Counted from the first letter of the stretch, positions 1-11,825 are shown. The stretch is 64,000 nt of DNA from Candidatus Hermodarchaeota archaeon (GCA_048885925.1 JBHLLG010000002.1:64001-128000), one strand, 5' to 3'. The notes: generated from the sequence alone by a model not told the origin. A program made the numbers and translations.

Positions 1-940
1 ATCCAGGAATATCTCTAATAGGAGTTTCTTCTAATGGAACTTCCAAATCATTTCCTAGAAGTAAACCATAATCAAATTCCATTACAGTACCTAATCCACT
101 ACAATATTTACAGCTACCGTGAGGGATGTTAAAAGAGAACATTTTATGATCTAATGGAGGAAATGATATTTCACAATCAATACAAGCAAGATGTTCTGAA
201 TAGATTTGTTCTTCTTTTCCAAGAACTTCTACAATAACTAAGCCATCTGTTAAATTTAGAGCATTTTCAATGGAATCAGCTAATCTAGTCTTTATATCTT
301 TCCGCATCACTAATCTATCAACAACAACATTAATAGTGTGTTTTACATTCTTTTCCATGGAGATATCTTCATCTAAGGTATATTGAATTCCGTCAATTTC
401 AACCCTGACATATCCTTGTTTTTTTAAATCTTGTAAGAGTTCCTTATATTCACCTTTTCTATCTCTAATAACTGGAGCTTTAATTATAAATTTTTGATTT
501 TCATTAATGTAATTTAAAATTTGCTGAATAATTTGCTGGGGAGTTTGTGGATTTATTTCCTTTCCACAATTGGGACAATGTGGGATCCCTATATTTGCAA
601 AAAGTAATCTATAATAATCATATATTTCAGTTACAGTACCTACTGTACTTCTCGGATTTTTTGAGAGAGGTTTTTGCTCAATTGCAATTGCTGGAGATAA
701 TCCTTCTATTGAATCTACATCAGGTTTATCCATTTCTCCTAAGAATTGTCTTGCATAACTAGATAACGATTCTAAAAATCTTCGTTGGCCTTCTGCATAC
801 AGAGTATCCATTGCTAAGCTACTTTTCCCACTCCCACTTATTCCTGTAATAACTACTATCTTATTACGTGGGATAATAACGTTGATATTTTTAAGGTTGT
901 TCTGCCTTGCTCCTTTAATAATAATTGAATTTTCATACAT
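1..940 (-). CDS. uvrA: Excinuclease ABC subunit A, 5' part (runs off the window edge)
   Basis: Manual translation from ATG at 940: [90 protein letters not shown], the UvrA N-terminus with Walker A; directly downstream of uvrB. Confidence 0.95.
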   Translation of the reverse strand, partial: MYENSIIIKGARQNNLKNINVIIPRNKIVVITGISGSGKSSLAMDTLYAEGQRRFLESLSSYARQFLGEMDKPDVDSIEGLSPAIAIEQKPLSKNPRSTVGTVTEIYDYYRLLFANIGIPHCPNCGKEINPQTPQQIIQQILNYINENQKFIIKAPVIRDRKGEYKELLQDLKKQGYVRVEIDGIQYTLDEDISMEKNVKHTINVVVDRLVMRKDIKTRLADSIENALNLTDGLVIVEVLGKEEQIYSEHLACIDCEISFPPLDHKMFSFNIPHGSCKYCSGLGTVMEFDYGLLLGNDLEVPLEETPIRDIPG

Positions 941-978
941 TTTTTCTCTGAAATAAGTTTTATACTAAGATAGAGATT

Positions 979-2985
979 TTAGATCTCTATCTGATATTCC
1001 TTCTTTATATCCATAATTTTATCTCGCAAATAAGCTGCATCTTCAAATCTTAATTCCTTCGCTGCCATAAACATTTTATTTTCAAGGTATTGAATTAAAA
1101 TATCAATATCTCCTTCTTTTTCTAACTCTTTTATTTTAATTTGAAGATTCTTTTTCAATCTTTTAACTTCTTTTTCTCTTAACTCTTGCTCTTCGGATAG
1201 TGATTCTAAGATATTCTTTTTTATTGTTTGAGGTGTTACGTTGTGTTTTTTATTATAGGCAATCTGTTTTTCTCTTCTTCTATTTGTTTCTTCTATTGCA
1301 GCTTTCATCGCAGGTGATATTTTTTCAGCATATAAAATAGCCTTTCCCTCCACATTTCTTGAAGCTCTTCCAATAGTTTGAATTAAGGATCTAGTGTCCC
1401 TTAAAAAGCCTAATTTATCCGCATCTAAAATTGCAACTAATTTCACTTCAGGTAAATCTAATCCTTCTCTTAATAAATTAATTCCAACAATGGCGTCGAA
1501 CGTACCATTTCTTAGTTGCCTTAAAATATCAAAACGCTCAACGGTATCTACTTCTGAATGCAGATAAGCAATTTTTATACCTAATTCTGAATAATACTCT
1601 GCAATATCTTCTGACATTCGTTTAGTTAAAGTTGTTATAAGTGCTCTTCCTTCATTTTTGATGATATTTCGAAGCTCACCTAATAAATCATCAATTTGAT
1701 TTTTAGCAGGTCGCACTTCAACTTGTGGATCTACTAATCCTGTCGGTCGAATAATCTGTTCCGCTGAAATACCTCCAGCTTTTCTCAATTCCCAATCACC
1801 AGGAGTCGCGCTCATAAAGATTATGTTTTTAATTTTAGATTCCCATTCTTCAAATGTTAAAGGTCTATTATCAAAAGCGCTTGGGAGTCGCCAACCATAT
1901 TCAACGAGATTTTCTTTACGAGATCTATCTCCCCCAATCATACCATGAATTTGAGGAATCGTTATATGACTCTCATCTACAACTATTAAAAAATCATCAG
2001 GGAAATAATCAATTAAGCACATAGGAGGAGTTCCCGGTAGACGCCCATCTAAATGCCTAGAATAATTTTCTATTCCCTTACACCATCCTAATTCTCTCAT
2101 CATTTCGAGGTCAAACTTAACTCTTTTTTCTATCCATTGAGCTTCAGGATATCTCTTTTCATCCATAAATTTCTTTATTTGTTGTTCTAACTCAAGCTCA
2201 ATCGATTCTAATGCTTTCATCTTATTCTCTTCAGGGATAATAAAATGTGTAGCGGGAAATATTCTACAGTTAGTTAAATCTTGTATAATATCATTTGATA
2301 TAGGATGAATCTCTTGTATTGATTCAATTTCATCTCCAAAAAGCGAGACACGAAGGGCAGTATTTAGATAAGCAGGAAAAATGTCAATTATATCACCTCT
2401 TACTCTCACTATTCCTGGTCTAAATTCTATATCCTTTCGTTCGTAATTCATTCTAATAAGCCCCTTAATGATTTCCCCTCGTTTAACTGTCTCTCCAACA
2501 TTTAAATTGATTGAAACTTTTTCCCATTCTTCAGGTGAACCTATACCATAAATACATGATACAGTTGCAACTATGATAACATCATGTCTTGTTCTAATTG
2601 CATGAGTCGCAGCGAGTCTTAATCGTTCAATTTCTTCATTAACACTAAAATCTTTCTCGATATATTGAGCTGTAATCGGTAGATATGCCTCGGGTTGATA
2701 GTAGTCATAGTAACTCACGAAATAATGGACAGCATTTTCTGGAAATAACTCTTTTAATTCATTATATAACTGTGCTGCTAATGTTTTGTTTGGTGCCATC
2801 ACTAAAGTAGGTTTTTGAATTTCTTGAATTATATTTGCAATAGTAAATGTTTTACCTGTACCAGTAGCTCCTAATAATGTTTGGAATCGTTTTCCTTTAG
2901 AAATATTATCAGCTAGAGCACTTATAGCTTCGGGTTGATCCCCTGCTGGAACAAATTGAGATTCTAACTTAAATCTAGCTATCAT
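979..2985 (-). CDS. uvrB: Excinuclease ABC subunit B
   Basis: GDQPEAI, LGATGTGKTFT, FVSYYDYYQPEAY, DESH, GRASRN and C-terminal UVR domain (LRFEDAAYLRD). Confidence 0.97.
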   Translation of the reverse strand: MIARFKLESQFVPAGDQPEAISALADNISKGKRFQTLLGATGTGKTFTIANIIQEIQKPTLVMAPNKTLAAQLYNELKELFPENAVHYFVSYYDYYQPEAYLPITAQYIEKDFSVNEEIERLRLAATHAIRTRHDVIIVATVSCIYGIGSPEEWEKVSINLNVGETVKRGEIIKGLIRMNYERKDIEFRPGIVRVRGDIIDIFPAYLNTALRVSLFGDEIESIQEIHPISNDIIQDLTNCRIFPATHFIIPEENKMKALESIELELEQQIKKFMDEKRYPEAQWIEKRVKFDLEMMRELGWCKGIENYSRHLDGRLPGTPPMCLIDYFPDDFLIVVDESHITIPQIHGMIGGDRSRKENLVEYGWRLPSAFDNRPLTFEEWESKIKNIIFMSATPGDWELRKAGGISAEQIIRPTGLVDPQVEVRPAKNQIDDLLGELRNIIKNEGRALITTLTKRMSEDIAEYYSELGIKIAYLHSEVDTVERFDILRQLRNGTFDAIVGINLLREGLDLPEVKLVAILDADKLGFLRDTRSLIQTIGRASRNVEGKAILYAEKISPAMKAAIEETNRRREKQIAYNKKHNVTPQTIKKNILESLSEEQELREKEVKRLKKNLQIKIKELEKEGDIDILIQYLENKMFMAAKELRFEDAAYLRDKIMDIKKEYQIEI

Positions 2986-3117
2986 AAATATAGAATAATT
3001 AATTAAAATACTAATTTAACATAAAAATAAAGTTAATATATTAAAGATAAGACTTATGATATTCTAATGTATCATAACTTAAGATTTTTATTAATTCATA
3101 AATAAAAATTTAAAGAA

Positions 3118-6100
3118 TTAAGCTACTACTACTTCTTCTTGAGTATCCTCAGCACCTTCTAAAGTTCGAGCAAGAATTATGAATTTAACTCCTGGAGTTA
3201 TCGGACCAATGAAGGATTCAAGATTATTAAGATAAATTGTAATAAAACCTCCAAGATTATCAATTTCAAAAGAATTACCGACTTGAAATGTAAAGCTAGA
3301 AAGAGGAATATACGTTTCGTTTATATAGATTGAATGTAATGTTACATTCAATACTCCATTATTTACAATTTTTATAGTAATCCTATTATCACTGTCGTCA
3401 ATAACGGAGGATGGATCAACTGTAATACTATAAAATTCCGAATCAACAATCGCATTAAATATAGTTTCATACTCTGCTGTTGTATTAGTAGTTATTTTTA
3501 CAATAACTTCATCTGACTTATTAATTTGAAAACCTGGAATATCAAAAGAAATTAATGCAACTTCTTGGTTATCTAAGGAAGAATCTCCATATAAAAATTT
3601 AATTTCATTACTATTGGAGCAATCAAGTATTAGAGTGGTATTAATTATGACATTTTCCAAAGTGATAGGGCCATTTCCTGTGTTTTTAATTAAGATTATA
3701 CCTGTTTCATTTGCATTGATATATGAAACTGTTGTTCCATCAATTTCTTCAATTATTTGAATATCATCCTCATCTTTAATTGTATGGATATAACCAATGT
3801 CTGAAGCGACCGTTGTGTCAAAACTGGCTGTAACACATACAAGTATTTCTTCATTTATATCTCCATTTACATAATCAGTGGCATCAATTACAACTACAGT
3901 TTCTTCACCTACATCCAATAATAAATCAACGGGTTTATGATAATCTTCATAATCTACTTCATTTTCAGGATCAACTCCATTAAGATAAATTGATTCAATA
4001 CCAAATTGGTTATCTCCTGTATTTTTTATATTTAGAGTTAATTGAGTAGATCCATTTTCATATGTATAAGCATGAGTTTTACTGAAATCAACGGGAACAT
4101 GCTTTCTATAATGGTTATCCATTGCGACAGCTGCTTCAGGTGAAACTATTCGTTCAGAGCTCAAAATCGTAATTGAATAGTCCTCAAGAGAAGATGTGAA
4201 TAAGACTTCATCAGATACGTTATTTACAGTAGCTACTCCAATTTTATTATATTTTATTGTAGGATAAATGGAAAAATCGGTTCCAACATCCTTTAAATGA
4301 ATATTTGCTCTTTCTCCAGGTTCTATGATTGGGGAACTATTTAAATAAACTATATCATCTGAAGGAAATCTATTCTCTTCAATATCATCATTTTCATAAA
4401 ATCTATCAAGAAGTACTGTTGATTCCCCTAAATTTTCCACTTCAAGATATATATCAGCAGTAGAGGGATCTGTTTGAATTACTTTACTGTTCTCTCTATT
4501 AATTTTTATTTCTTCAGTTAATGCCTTTTTAACAAAGAAGTTGCTGGTTTTGTTGGTAAATATGTATGGTCTTTCATAGAGAGCCTCTGATTGAGCCGTA
4601 ACGGTTACATTAACAACATCATATTCATCAAACGTAGTTCCCTTTGATTTAATATCAACCCAAACTCGATCTTCGCTTCCTTTTTCGATTGTATTATTAG
4701 CATTACCCATAACAAAATCATAACTTAGACCATTTATGTCAACACTTGTAATTTGTAGATTTTTTTCACCATGATTATCTATTTTAAATGTTGCGTATCC
4801 ATTATCAAAAACTTCTGCATTCTTTATCATAAATTTTGAATCTAAGGCGGTATAGTCAATCTTAAATAATTTAACCATCCCCATTTTCGAGAAATATTCT
4901 GGAATAAAAGCTACAGTAGGATATAATCCAGCTTCAGGTATATGGGACTTCCATGTATCTCCATCATTATCTATTCTCCTACTTATTTCTCTTGCATAAC
5001 TCTGACTGAATTGATGATGAGATTGATCAGTTTCATCTGTTGGGATCCCATAAAACATCAACTTAACCAATTGACTATCAAACCATGCATCATCAACATA
5101 TCCATGAGTCATATTTCGATATTCACTTTCATCAAAAACGGCATTATCCTTCCAATTATCCTCTTCCCAGCCCATTTGTTTAAACCTTGCATACTCATCA
5201 TTACAAATTTGAATCATCCATGTCCATTTTCCTTCATCACCACCTAATCCTGTGATGAGAAACCCGAAAAATACCAAAATATAATCTGCTCTCAGCCTTT
5301 GTAATACTTTTAAACTATAAATTTCGTTAGTTTGCATTAGAGCCATTCCTACTGCGCCCATTCTAGTACGATTCCAAGTAGCATTGTCATTTACTGTCGT
5401 TACATTTCCTATTGGAGTAAGCCAATAGCCATAATCCCACCATGAAACAACTACATCTGTTCCTTCTAGATTTTCTCTCATCCAAGTTAAACTTTCTTCC
5501 CATTCATGTACAATTCCGGCAGGAGCTATTTGTGCGAATGACATCTGATTGACAGCAATATCAACGGTATGAACAACTTGGGCTATACATAAAAATCCTA
5601 CAACAAGATAAATTGCAACTGCTTCTGAAGTCCCTAATGTTCCCTTTACTTGTCTTCTTCTCATTCTACTTACACCAGCTTTTCTTTCTCCCAAAAAACT
5701 ACCGAATATTCTTAAAATACTGACTAGACCATAAGCTCCTACTAAAGCTGACGCTGGTGCAAAAATTAAAATTATCCGAATCATACTTCCTGTAAAATAA
5801 AACATTAATATGATAAATGTAATCAAAAAGATATCTGCAGTATTTAATCTCTTAAAGCAAAAATAAATGCCTAATGGTACTAATACTAAGGGAATTAAAG
5901 TTTGATAATAAAAAACGCTCCAAGCACTAGGCATTTGTTCTGCTACTGAAGCAACATGAGCAACTTGTTCACGAGCAAGAGGATTAATAATTGTCCAAAA
6001 TCGGGAACTAAAGTTAAAAGGTAAAAGTTGAGGAGCTACCCAAATTATAACAGCAATAATTAATATTCCGGGAATAATAATCCATTTTATTACATTTATT

Positions 6101-7017
6101 AAATAATAATAAAAACTTGAATATTCACTCCTTTTCGTATAAATAATATGAAAAATTACTAAAATAATTGTAAAAAGAAAAATTCCACCTATTTCTAGAC
6201 TTGAAAATAATTCACCATGGTTAAATGTAATATATAATGAATATATCAATAAACCAGTTCCTTGGACTCCAGCATAGGCAATCAATAAATTTTCATTGTA
6301 TTTATTCGTTAAAATTAATATTATACTAATTAGAGGTAATAGTAAAAAAATAAATTGATATCCACCCCAACTTAGTGATAAATATCCCAAAAAGACACCA
6401 CCAAGCACGGAATATGAAAACCTTCCCGTTCTCGCTGCTTTTAAGAAGAATAGGAAAGCCATTAAGGAAGCAAAAACTCCGATTGTTTCATTATCAAAGA
6501 AACCGGCAGTAGTACGTTGTAGATACCCCGGATTGAAAGCTAAGAAAAATGCTGCGATTATACCTGTACCACGATTTAAAATTTCTTTTCCTAGATAATA
6601 AATAACTAATACAGTTATCCCTCCCATAAAAGCAGGAAAGTAAAAGCAAACATTATATAATGAGATGGGTAATCCAAAGAACTTAAAAATATTATATATA
6701 GCTAAAACTGTAAATGTCAATCCTGGTCGTAGACCGCCCCGAAAAGTGCCCTCAGGATACCAACTCTTGGTATCCCACCAATTAAAATATTCATAAAAAG
6801 TGTGCTCACTTAAATATTCTGCATTATACCATTGAATCCAAGGGTCAAATGCTTTAATTAAAGTTACTCCTCTTATCAATGGACTAAGCCTTATTAGTAT
6901 TGCAAGAATTACGATAAAAAATACAGATATAAAAAGTAAAATATTAGTTGTTTTCACAGATATCGATGTTCTGATACGATCACGAAAATTTCTTAACGAA
7001 CCGAGGATCTTAACCAT
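3118..7017 (-). CDS. aglB: Oligosaccharyltransferase AglB/STT3 with long C-terminal extracellular repeats
   Basis: FDPW, GFFDNE, ASVAEQ and WWDYG motifs; multi-TM N-terminal half. Confidence 0.93.
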   Translation of the reverse strand: MVKILGSLRNFRDRIRTSISVKTTNILLFISVFFIVILAILIRLSPLIRGVTLIKAFDPWIQWYNAEYLSEHTFYEYFNWWDTKSWYPEGTFRGGLRPGLTFTVLAIYNIFKFFGLPISLYNVCFYFPAFMGGITVLVIYYLGKEILNRGTGIIAAFFLAFNPGYLQRTTAGFFDNETIGVFASLMAFLFFLKAARTGRFSYSVLGGVFLGYLSLSWGGYQFIFLLLPLISIILILTNKYNENLLIAYAGVQGTGLLIYSLYITFNHGELFSSLEIGGIFLFTIILVIFHIIYTKRSEYSSFYYYLINVIKWIIIPGILIIAVIIWVAPQLLPFNFSSRFWTIINPLAREQVAHVASVAEQMPSAWSVFYYQTLIPLVLVPLGIYFCFKRLNTADIFLITFIILMFYFTGSMIRIILIFAPASALVGAYGLVSILRIFGSFLGERKAGVSRMRRRQVKGTLGTSEAVAIYLVVGFLCIAQVVHTVDIAVNQMSFAQIAPAGIVHEWEESLTWMRENLEGTDVVVSWWDYGYWLTPIGNVTTVNDNATWNRTRMGAVGMALMQTNEIYSLKVLQRLRADYILVFFGFLITGLGGDEGKWTWMIQICNDEYARFKQMGWEEDNWKDNAVFDESEYRNMTHGYVDDAWFDSQLVKLMFYGIPTDETDQSHHQFSQSYAREISRRIDNDGDTWKSHIPEAGLYPTVAFIPEYFSKMGMVKLFKIDYTALDSKFMIKNAEVFDNGYATFKIDNHGEKNLQITSVDINGLSYDFVMGNANNTIEKGSEDRVWVDIKSKGTTFDEYDVVNVTVTAQSEALYERPYIFTNKTSNFFVKKALTEEIKINRENSKVIQTDPSTADIYLEVENLGESTVLLDRFYENDDIEENRFPSDDIVYLNSSPIIEPGERANIHLKDVGTDFSIYPTIKYNKIGVATVNNVSDEVLFTSSLEDYSITILSSERIVSPEAAVAMDNHYRKHVPVDFSKTHAYTYENGSTQLTLNIKNTGDNQFGIESIYLNGVDPENEVDYEDYHKPVDLLLDVGEETVVVIDATDYVNGDINEEILVCVTASFDTTVASDIGYIHTIKDEDDIQIIEEIDGTTVSYINANETGIILIKNTGNGPITLENVIINTTLILDCSNSNEIKFLYGDSSLDNQEVALISFDIPGFQINKSDEVIVKITTNTTAEYETIFNAIVDSEFYSITVDPSSVIDDSDNRITIKIVNNGVLNVTLHSIYINETYIPLSSFTFQVGNSFEIDNLGGFITIYLNNLESFIGPITPGVKFIILARTLEGAEDTQEEVVVA

Positions 7018-7203
7018 GATAATTTATATGAAATTTTATTAAGTTTTCAATTAAAATCCATAATTAAATTTTTAATATAAAAAATATCCTTAAGATTAAA
7101 ATCTTTTTCTTTAATCTAACATTTTGTAAAATTTACTATAATTTAAAAAGAATTTACGAGATTTGGATATTCTATAAATTAAAAATCATTAGAAATATTA
7201 GAT

Positions 7204-8061
7204 GTGAAGACTTTTATGGATAAATCGAAATTTCTCTTCAAAATTTATTATATTGGAAAGAAAAAGTATTTTGGATCTCAAAGGCAACTTGAATTTATAA
7301 CAATTGAACATTGTTTTTTAAATGCGTTAATAGAAAGAAATTACATCAATGAATCCAAAAATTCTCAGTTTGAATTTGCTAGTAGAACTGATCGATTTGT
7401 AAGTGCAAGAGGATCGTGTTTCGCTTGTATTATAGATAAAGAACCGATATTAATGGAAATTAACAGTGTATTACCGAAAGAAATGGGTATTTGGGCATAT
7501 AGTAAAGTACCACTAGATTTTTCTTCTAGATACAATGCTAAATTACGTCATTATGTATATATTGTGCCTACTCCCTTACATTATTTGGAGAAAAAAGATA
7601 TGATTAATCTTGCAATATTGGAAAAAGCTTGTAAAAAGTTACAAGGCAGACATGATTTTGTTAATTTCTCAAAGAAGGAAAAGAAAGAAATTATTACTAT
7701 AAGAGATTTGGATGTTGTAAATTTATCAGTAGTGAATGATTACTTAGTTTTTATTTTTAAGAGCAGAGCATTTTTACGACAACAAATTCGTCGAATTGTT
7801 AAAAAATTATTAGAATTAGGAACAGGTGAGATTTCTTATAATGAGTTTATAGATTTATTTGATAATTCTAAAATAGTGTCTTATCAACCGGCTGATCCCA
7901 AAGGATTAATTTTATGGGATATAATTTTTGATGATAAAATAAGATTTATAGAAGATCCCAAATCTAAAGAACGAATGTACAAATTTTTTCAAAAAGAAGA
8001 ATTAAAATTTGGACATAGAAATAAGTTATTCAGAACTCTGCAACAAGACGATTTTGGCTAA
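7204..8061 (+). CDS. truA: tRNA pseudouridine(38-40) synthase
   Basis: YFGSQRQ, ASRTDRFVSA (catalytic Asp), GRHDFVNFS, FLRQQIRRIV. Confidence 0.88.
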   Translation: MKTFMDKSKFLFKIYYIGKKKYFGSQRQLEFITIEHCFLNALIERNYINESKNSQFEFASRTDRFVSARGSCFACIIDKEPILMEINSVLPKEMGIWAYSKVPLDFSSRYNAKLRHYVYIVPTPLHYLEKKDMINLAILEKACKKLQGRHDFVNFSKKEKKEIITIRDLDVVNLSVVNDYLVFIFKSRAFLRQQIRRIVKKLLELGTGEISYNEFIDLFDNSKIVSYQPADPKGLILWDIIFDDKIRFIEDPKSKERMYKFFQKEELKFGHRNKLFRTLQQDDFG

Positions 8062-8997
8062 TAATGCTTGAAGCTGAATTTCTTCAGTGCCTCCTTGACT
8101 TAGTCTATATTCAAACTCAGCTAATAGTTTAGTTAATTGAATTTTTAAATCTTCTTGTATGTCTAACTCATAAATCTCCTTATGCAAACTCTTTATAATA
8201 TTTTGTCCTGAAAGCCCATATTCCTTTATCAAATCATTTAATAATTTTATAGATAACTGTAATTGGCCATCTAAAGAAGCTTTTAAGATTTCTTTTATTT
8301 TTTCAGGAGGAACTTCGCCAGCTATCCGAAAAACAATTTCTTGATCAATCTTTTTAGCGATTGTTCCACAGGATTGAAGATAATTTATTGCTCTTCTACA
8401 ATCTCCTCTAGAAACATTAACAATTGCATTTAAACCACCAGGAGTTAAGGTAATATCTTCTTGTTTTGCCACATATTTTACTCTACTCTTAATGTCATCG
8501 ATATTTAGTGAAGCAAATCTGAATACAACACATCTAGATTGAATAGGAGGAATTATTTTATTAGAATAATTACATATCAAAATCATTCTACAATTTTTTG
8601 TATATTTTTCCATAGTCCTCCTTAAAGCTTGTTGTGCAGGAGCAGTCATGTTATCTGCTTCATCAAGAATTAATACTTTAAAGGAAATATCAGCTGGAGG
8701 TCGTGCTTTTGCAAAATCTTTGATATAAGTTCTAATAACATCAATACCACGCGCATCGCTAGCGTTTAATTCTAAATAAGTTCTATTAATTGCCATTTCT
8801 CTTCCGTATAATTCCCTTATCATTGCTAATGCAGAAGTAGTTTTTCCTGTTCCAGCAGGACCAGCGAAAATGAGATGAGGCATAGATGTATCTTTTACGA
8901 ACTGCTTCAAACGTTTTATTATTCCTTTTTGATTTACCACATCATCTAGTACTCTCGGTCGATATTTCTCAACCCAAGGTCTATTTTCAAGAGACAT
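8026..8997 (-). CDS. rfcS: Replication factor C small subunit
   Basis: PWVEKYRP, GPAGTGKT, ELNASDARG, DEAD, IQSRC. Confidence 0.95.
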   Translation of the reverse strand: MSLENRPWVEKYRPRVLDDVVNQKGIIKRLKQFVKDTSMPHLIFAGPAGTGKTTSALAMIRELYGREMAINRTYLELNASDARGIDVIRTYIKDFAKARPPADISFKVLILDEADNMTAPAQQALRRTMEKYTKNCRMILICNYSNKIIPPIQSRCVVFRFASLNIDDIKSRVKYVAKQEDITLTPGGLNAIVNVSRGDCRRAINYLQSCGTIAKKIDQEIVFRIAGEVPPEKIKEILKASLDGQLQLSIKLLNDLIKEYGLSGQNIIKSLHKEIYELDIQEDLKIQLTKLLAEFEYRLSQGGTEEIQLQALLAKIVLLQSSE

Positions 8998-9090
8998 CTT
9001 TTTAATGTATGAGTTTAACTTTTTTAATATTATATTAAGAATTAAATTTTCTTAATTCTTTATTAATATTCATATCCATAAAAAAATTAA

Positions 9091-10404
9091 ATGAATGTTA
9101 TGACTGATTTTAAAATTACAAAAATTAAATCTCGATGGATTTTAGATTCACGTGGAAATCCAACTATTGAATCTGATGTTTTTGTTGGAAAAAGTTTTTC
9201 AAGAGCAGCTGTCCCTTCAGGAGCATCAACTGGTGTCTCAGAAGCACTTGAATTGAGAGATGGAGGGAAGGCTTTCATGGGAAAGCATGTGTTGAAAGCA
9301 ATTAATAATGTTAATGATATAATAGGTAAAGAATTAATTGGATTTGATGTAAGAGAGCAAACGAAAATAGATGGAAGAATGATTTCTTTAGATGGAACAG
9401 AAAATAAAAGTAATTTAGGTGCAAATGCAATTTTATCTGTATCTTTAGCAGTAGCTAAATTAGCTTCTCAGCTTACTGAAGTACCTCTATTTGTTCACCT
9501 TCATCATTTAGCATATAATAAATCTAGTGAGAATTATTTATTGCCTCTTCCATGTTGCAATATTATAAATGGAGGTGAACATGCTGGTAATAATTTATCA
9601 ATACAAGAATTTATGGTTTTACCTGTTGGTGCTAAATCGTTTTCTCAAGCAATACAAAATGCCGCAGAAGTATATCAAACATTAAAAAAATTATTATTAA
9701 AGAAATACGGACCTTCTTCGATTAATGTTGGTGATGAAGGAGGATTTGCCCCAAATATAAATTTAACTTCAGAAGCCGTGGAAATAATTATAGAAGCGAT
9801 TGAAAAAGCAGGATTTCTCTGTGGTACGGATTTTGTACTTGGAATGGATGCTGCTGCGAGTGAATTTTATGAAGATGGTTCTTATAATATTGATGGGAAA
9901 AAGCTCTCCGAGGAAGAATTATTAGAATATTATATAGATTTAATCCATGATTATCCCTTCAAATCTATTGAAGACCCTTTTCAAGAAAAAGATTTTAGAA
10001 ATTTTTCAAATTTAACTGCTAAAGTTGATAAATCAATTCAGATTGTTGATGATGATTTAACAGTTACAAATATAAAGATTCTCGAAAATGCAATCAAATC
10101 AAAAGCAGGAAATGCTTTATTACTCAAAGTAAATCAAATAGGATCTTTAACGGAAGCTATAAAAGCAGCAAAAATGTCTTTTGATAATGGATTTAATGTA
10201 ATGGTTTCGCATCGCTCTGGAGAAACAGAAGATACCTTTATAGCTGATTTAGCGGTTGGTTTATGTACTGGACAAATTAAGACCGGAGCTCCTTGTAGAT
10301 CTGATCGAAATTGCAAATACAATCAGTTGCTAAGAATTGAAGAAGTACTAGGCAATAATGCCAGATATCCAAAAAAACTAGATTCGTGGAAAGAATTTCA
10401 ATAA
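9091..10404 (+). CDS. eno: Enolase (phosphopyruvate hydratase)
   Basis: [50 protein letters not shown]. Confidence 0.96.
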   Translation: MNVMTDFKITKIKSRWILDSRGNPTIESDVFVGKSFSRAAVPSGASTGVSEALELRDGGKAFMGKHVLKAINNVNDIIGKELIGFDVREQTKIDGRMISLDGTENKSNLGANAILSVSLAVAKLASQLTEVPLFVHLHHLAYNKSSENYLLPLPCCNIINGGEHAGNNLSIQEFMVLPVGAKSFSQAIQNAAEVYQTLKKLLLKKYGPSSINVGDEGGFAPNINLTSEAVEIIIEAIEKAGFLCGTDFVLGMDAAASEFYEDGSYNIDGKKLSEEELLEYYIDLIHDYPFKSIEDPFQEKDFRNFSNLTAKVDKSIQIVDDDLTVTNIKILENAIKSKAGNALLLKVNQIGSLTEAIKAAKMSFDNGFNVMVSHRSGETEDTFIADLAVGLCTGQIKTGAPCRSDRNCKYNQLLRIEEVLGNNARYPKKLDSWKEFQ

Positions 10405-10417
10405 TTTAAATATTCTA

Positions 10418-11074
10418 CTAACTCATATTATTATTTTTAATGAATCTATACACGTTAACATTAATCTTTTTAGCTCTTCGATTGTGAAAAGGAAAAGATT
10501 TTTCTAGAACCATAGTAAAAGGAAATACATTATCTATTTTCCAATCAAATTTCTTAATGTAGCTTAAAATAAATTTATGGACTTTCTCATTTGCTAAATG
10601 AATAGAATAGATAGTATCTGAAAAAGAGAATGCTTTAACTAAAAACCTTCTATCAGCATATTTCGTTTGAACTCCAAATGGAGGATTCATAATAGTTGTT
10701 ACTTTCATTTTCTCAGGAATATTTTTTTTTGAAATCTCAAAGTATTCAATATCTGCGCAAATTGGAAAAATGATGTTATCTAATTTTAACTTAAGAATGT
10801 TTTTTCTTAAAATATTTAATGCACCTAAATCAATATCAATACTTAGAACATAACTGGCTTTTAAAAGTGCGCTTGCGATAGATAATCTTCCTGTTCCAGC
10901 ACCTAAATCTATAATAATATTTTCATTAATATCATTAAATTCAAAACCCGCATAGTATATAATATCTACTGCACAGCTTGCATCAATACAATATTGTTCT
11001 AGTTCAACTTTAGGATTTGTAAATGTTTCTGTTTTTTGAACAATAAAAATTAATTGTTTTTTATTAATATTCAT
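10418..11074 (-). CDS. METTL5-family RNA adenine-N6 methyltransferase
   Basis: PKVELEQY, DLGAGTG SAM motif, NPPFG. Confidence 0.85.
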   Translation of the reverse strand: MNINKKQLIFIVQKTETFTNPKVELEQYCIDASCAVDIIYYAGFEFNDINENIIIDLGAGTGRLSIASALLKASYVLSIDIDLGALNILRKNILKLKLDNIIFPICADIEYFEISKKNIPEKMKVTTIMNPPFGVQTKYADRRFLVKAFSFSDTIYSIHLANEKVHKFILSYIKKFDWKIDNVFPFTMVLEKSFPFHNRRAKKINVNVYRFIKNNNMS

Positions 11075-11168
11075 CTGAATACTCTTTTAAATTGAATACA
11101 TCAAATTTATTTATCTTATTAAATACTATTTACATAGATTAGAAAAGAGTCTGAGAAATTAAAAACTA

Positions 11169-11780
11169 TTGTTGATATTGTTGAGTAAGAAGAATATAGA
11201 TGATGATGAAATTGTTTTAACTGGTCAATATATTGGAGTAGTAGAAGAATTCCTTCCTGATAAACAATCTACATTTATCAAGGACGGTAAAATTTTTGCT
11301 AGTAAAACAGGACTAGTAAATATTAATAATAAAGAAAGGAAACTTGAAATACAAACACATCAAGAACAAGATCGAAAAACTGTTAAAATTGGGGATATAG
11401 TTATTGGAACAATTGTTTTTTTGCGAAAATTTTCTGTCGGAATTAATTTTTTTACAATAAATAAAAAAATCCATTTCAACTCTGGATATTTTGGAAATGT
11501 TCACGTTTCACAGATTTCAGATAAATATGTTGAAAAAATCAACGATGCTTTTCAAATTACAGATATTTTGCGTGCCCGCGTGATTGAGCAAGAATATAAT
11601 GAATATAAGTTAAGTACTGTTGGTAAAAATCTAGGAATAATCTATGCTGATTGTGTAATTTGTGGAAATTCTCTTACAAAAATTGGATATAATAAATTGA
11701 AATGCATGAGATGTGGAAATATTGAAACCCGAAAATTAGCTAGTGATTATGGAAATGTAAATGATAACTTAAGATTTTAA
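11169..11780 (+). CDS. csl4: Exosome RNA-binding subunit Csl4
   Basis: S1 domain (HVSQISDKYV, DILRARV) plus C-terminal Zn ribbon CxxC...CxxCGNIETRKLA. Confidence 0.9.
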   Translation: MLILLSKKNIDDDEIVLTGQYIGVVEEFLPDKQSTFIKDGKIFASKTGLVNINNKERKLEIQTHQEQDRKTVKIGDIVIGTIVFLRKFSVGINFFTINKKIHFNSGYFGNVHVSQISDKYVEKINDAFQITDILRARVIEQEYNEYKLSTVGKNLGIIYADCVICGNSLTKIGYNKLKCMRCGNIETRKLASDYGNVNDNLRF

Positions 11781-11825
11781 ATTACCTTTTTAAATAGAGA
11801 TTTAAAAAAAAATGCGTGCTCATTA

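Noticed and set aside
547-762. 71-aa + strand ORF
   Set aside because: Antisense shadow of uvrA
10040-10065. Enolase VDDDL instead of the usual VGDDL
   Set aside because: Single substitution with all catalytic and metal ligands retained; cannot be distinguished from ordinary variation
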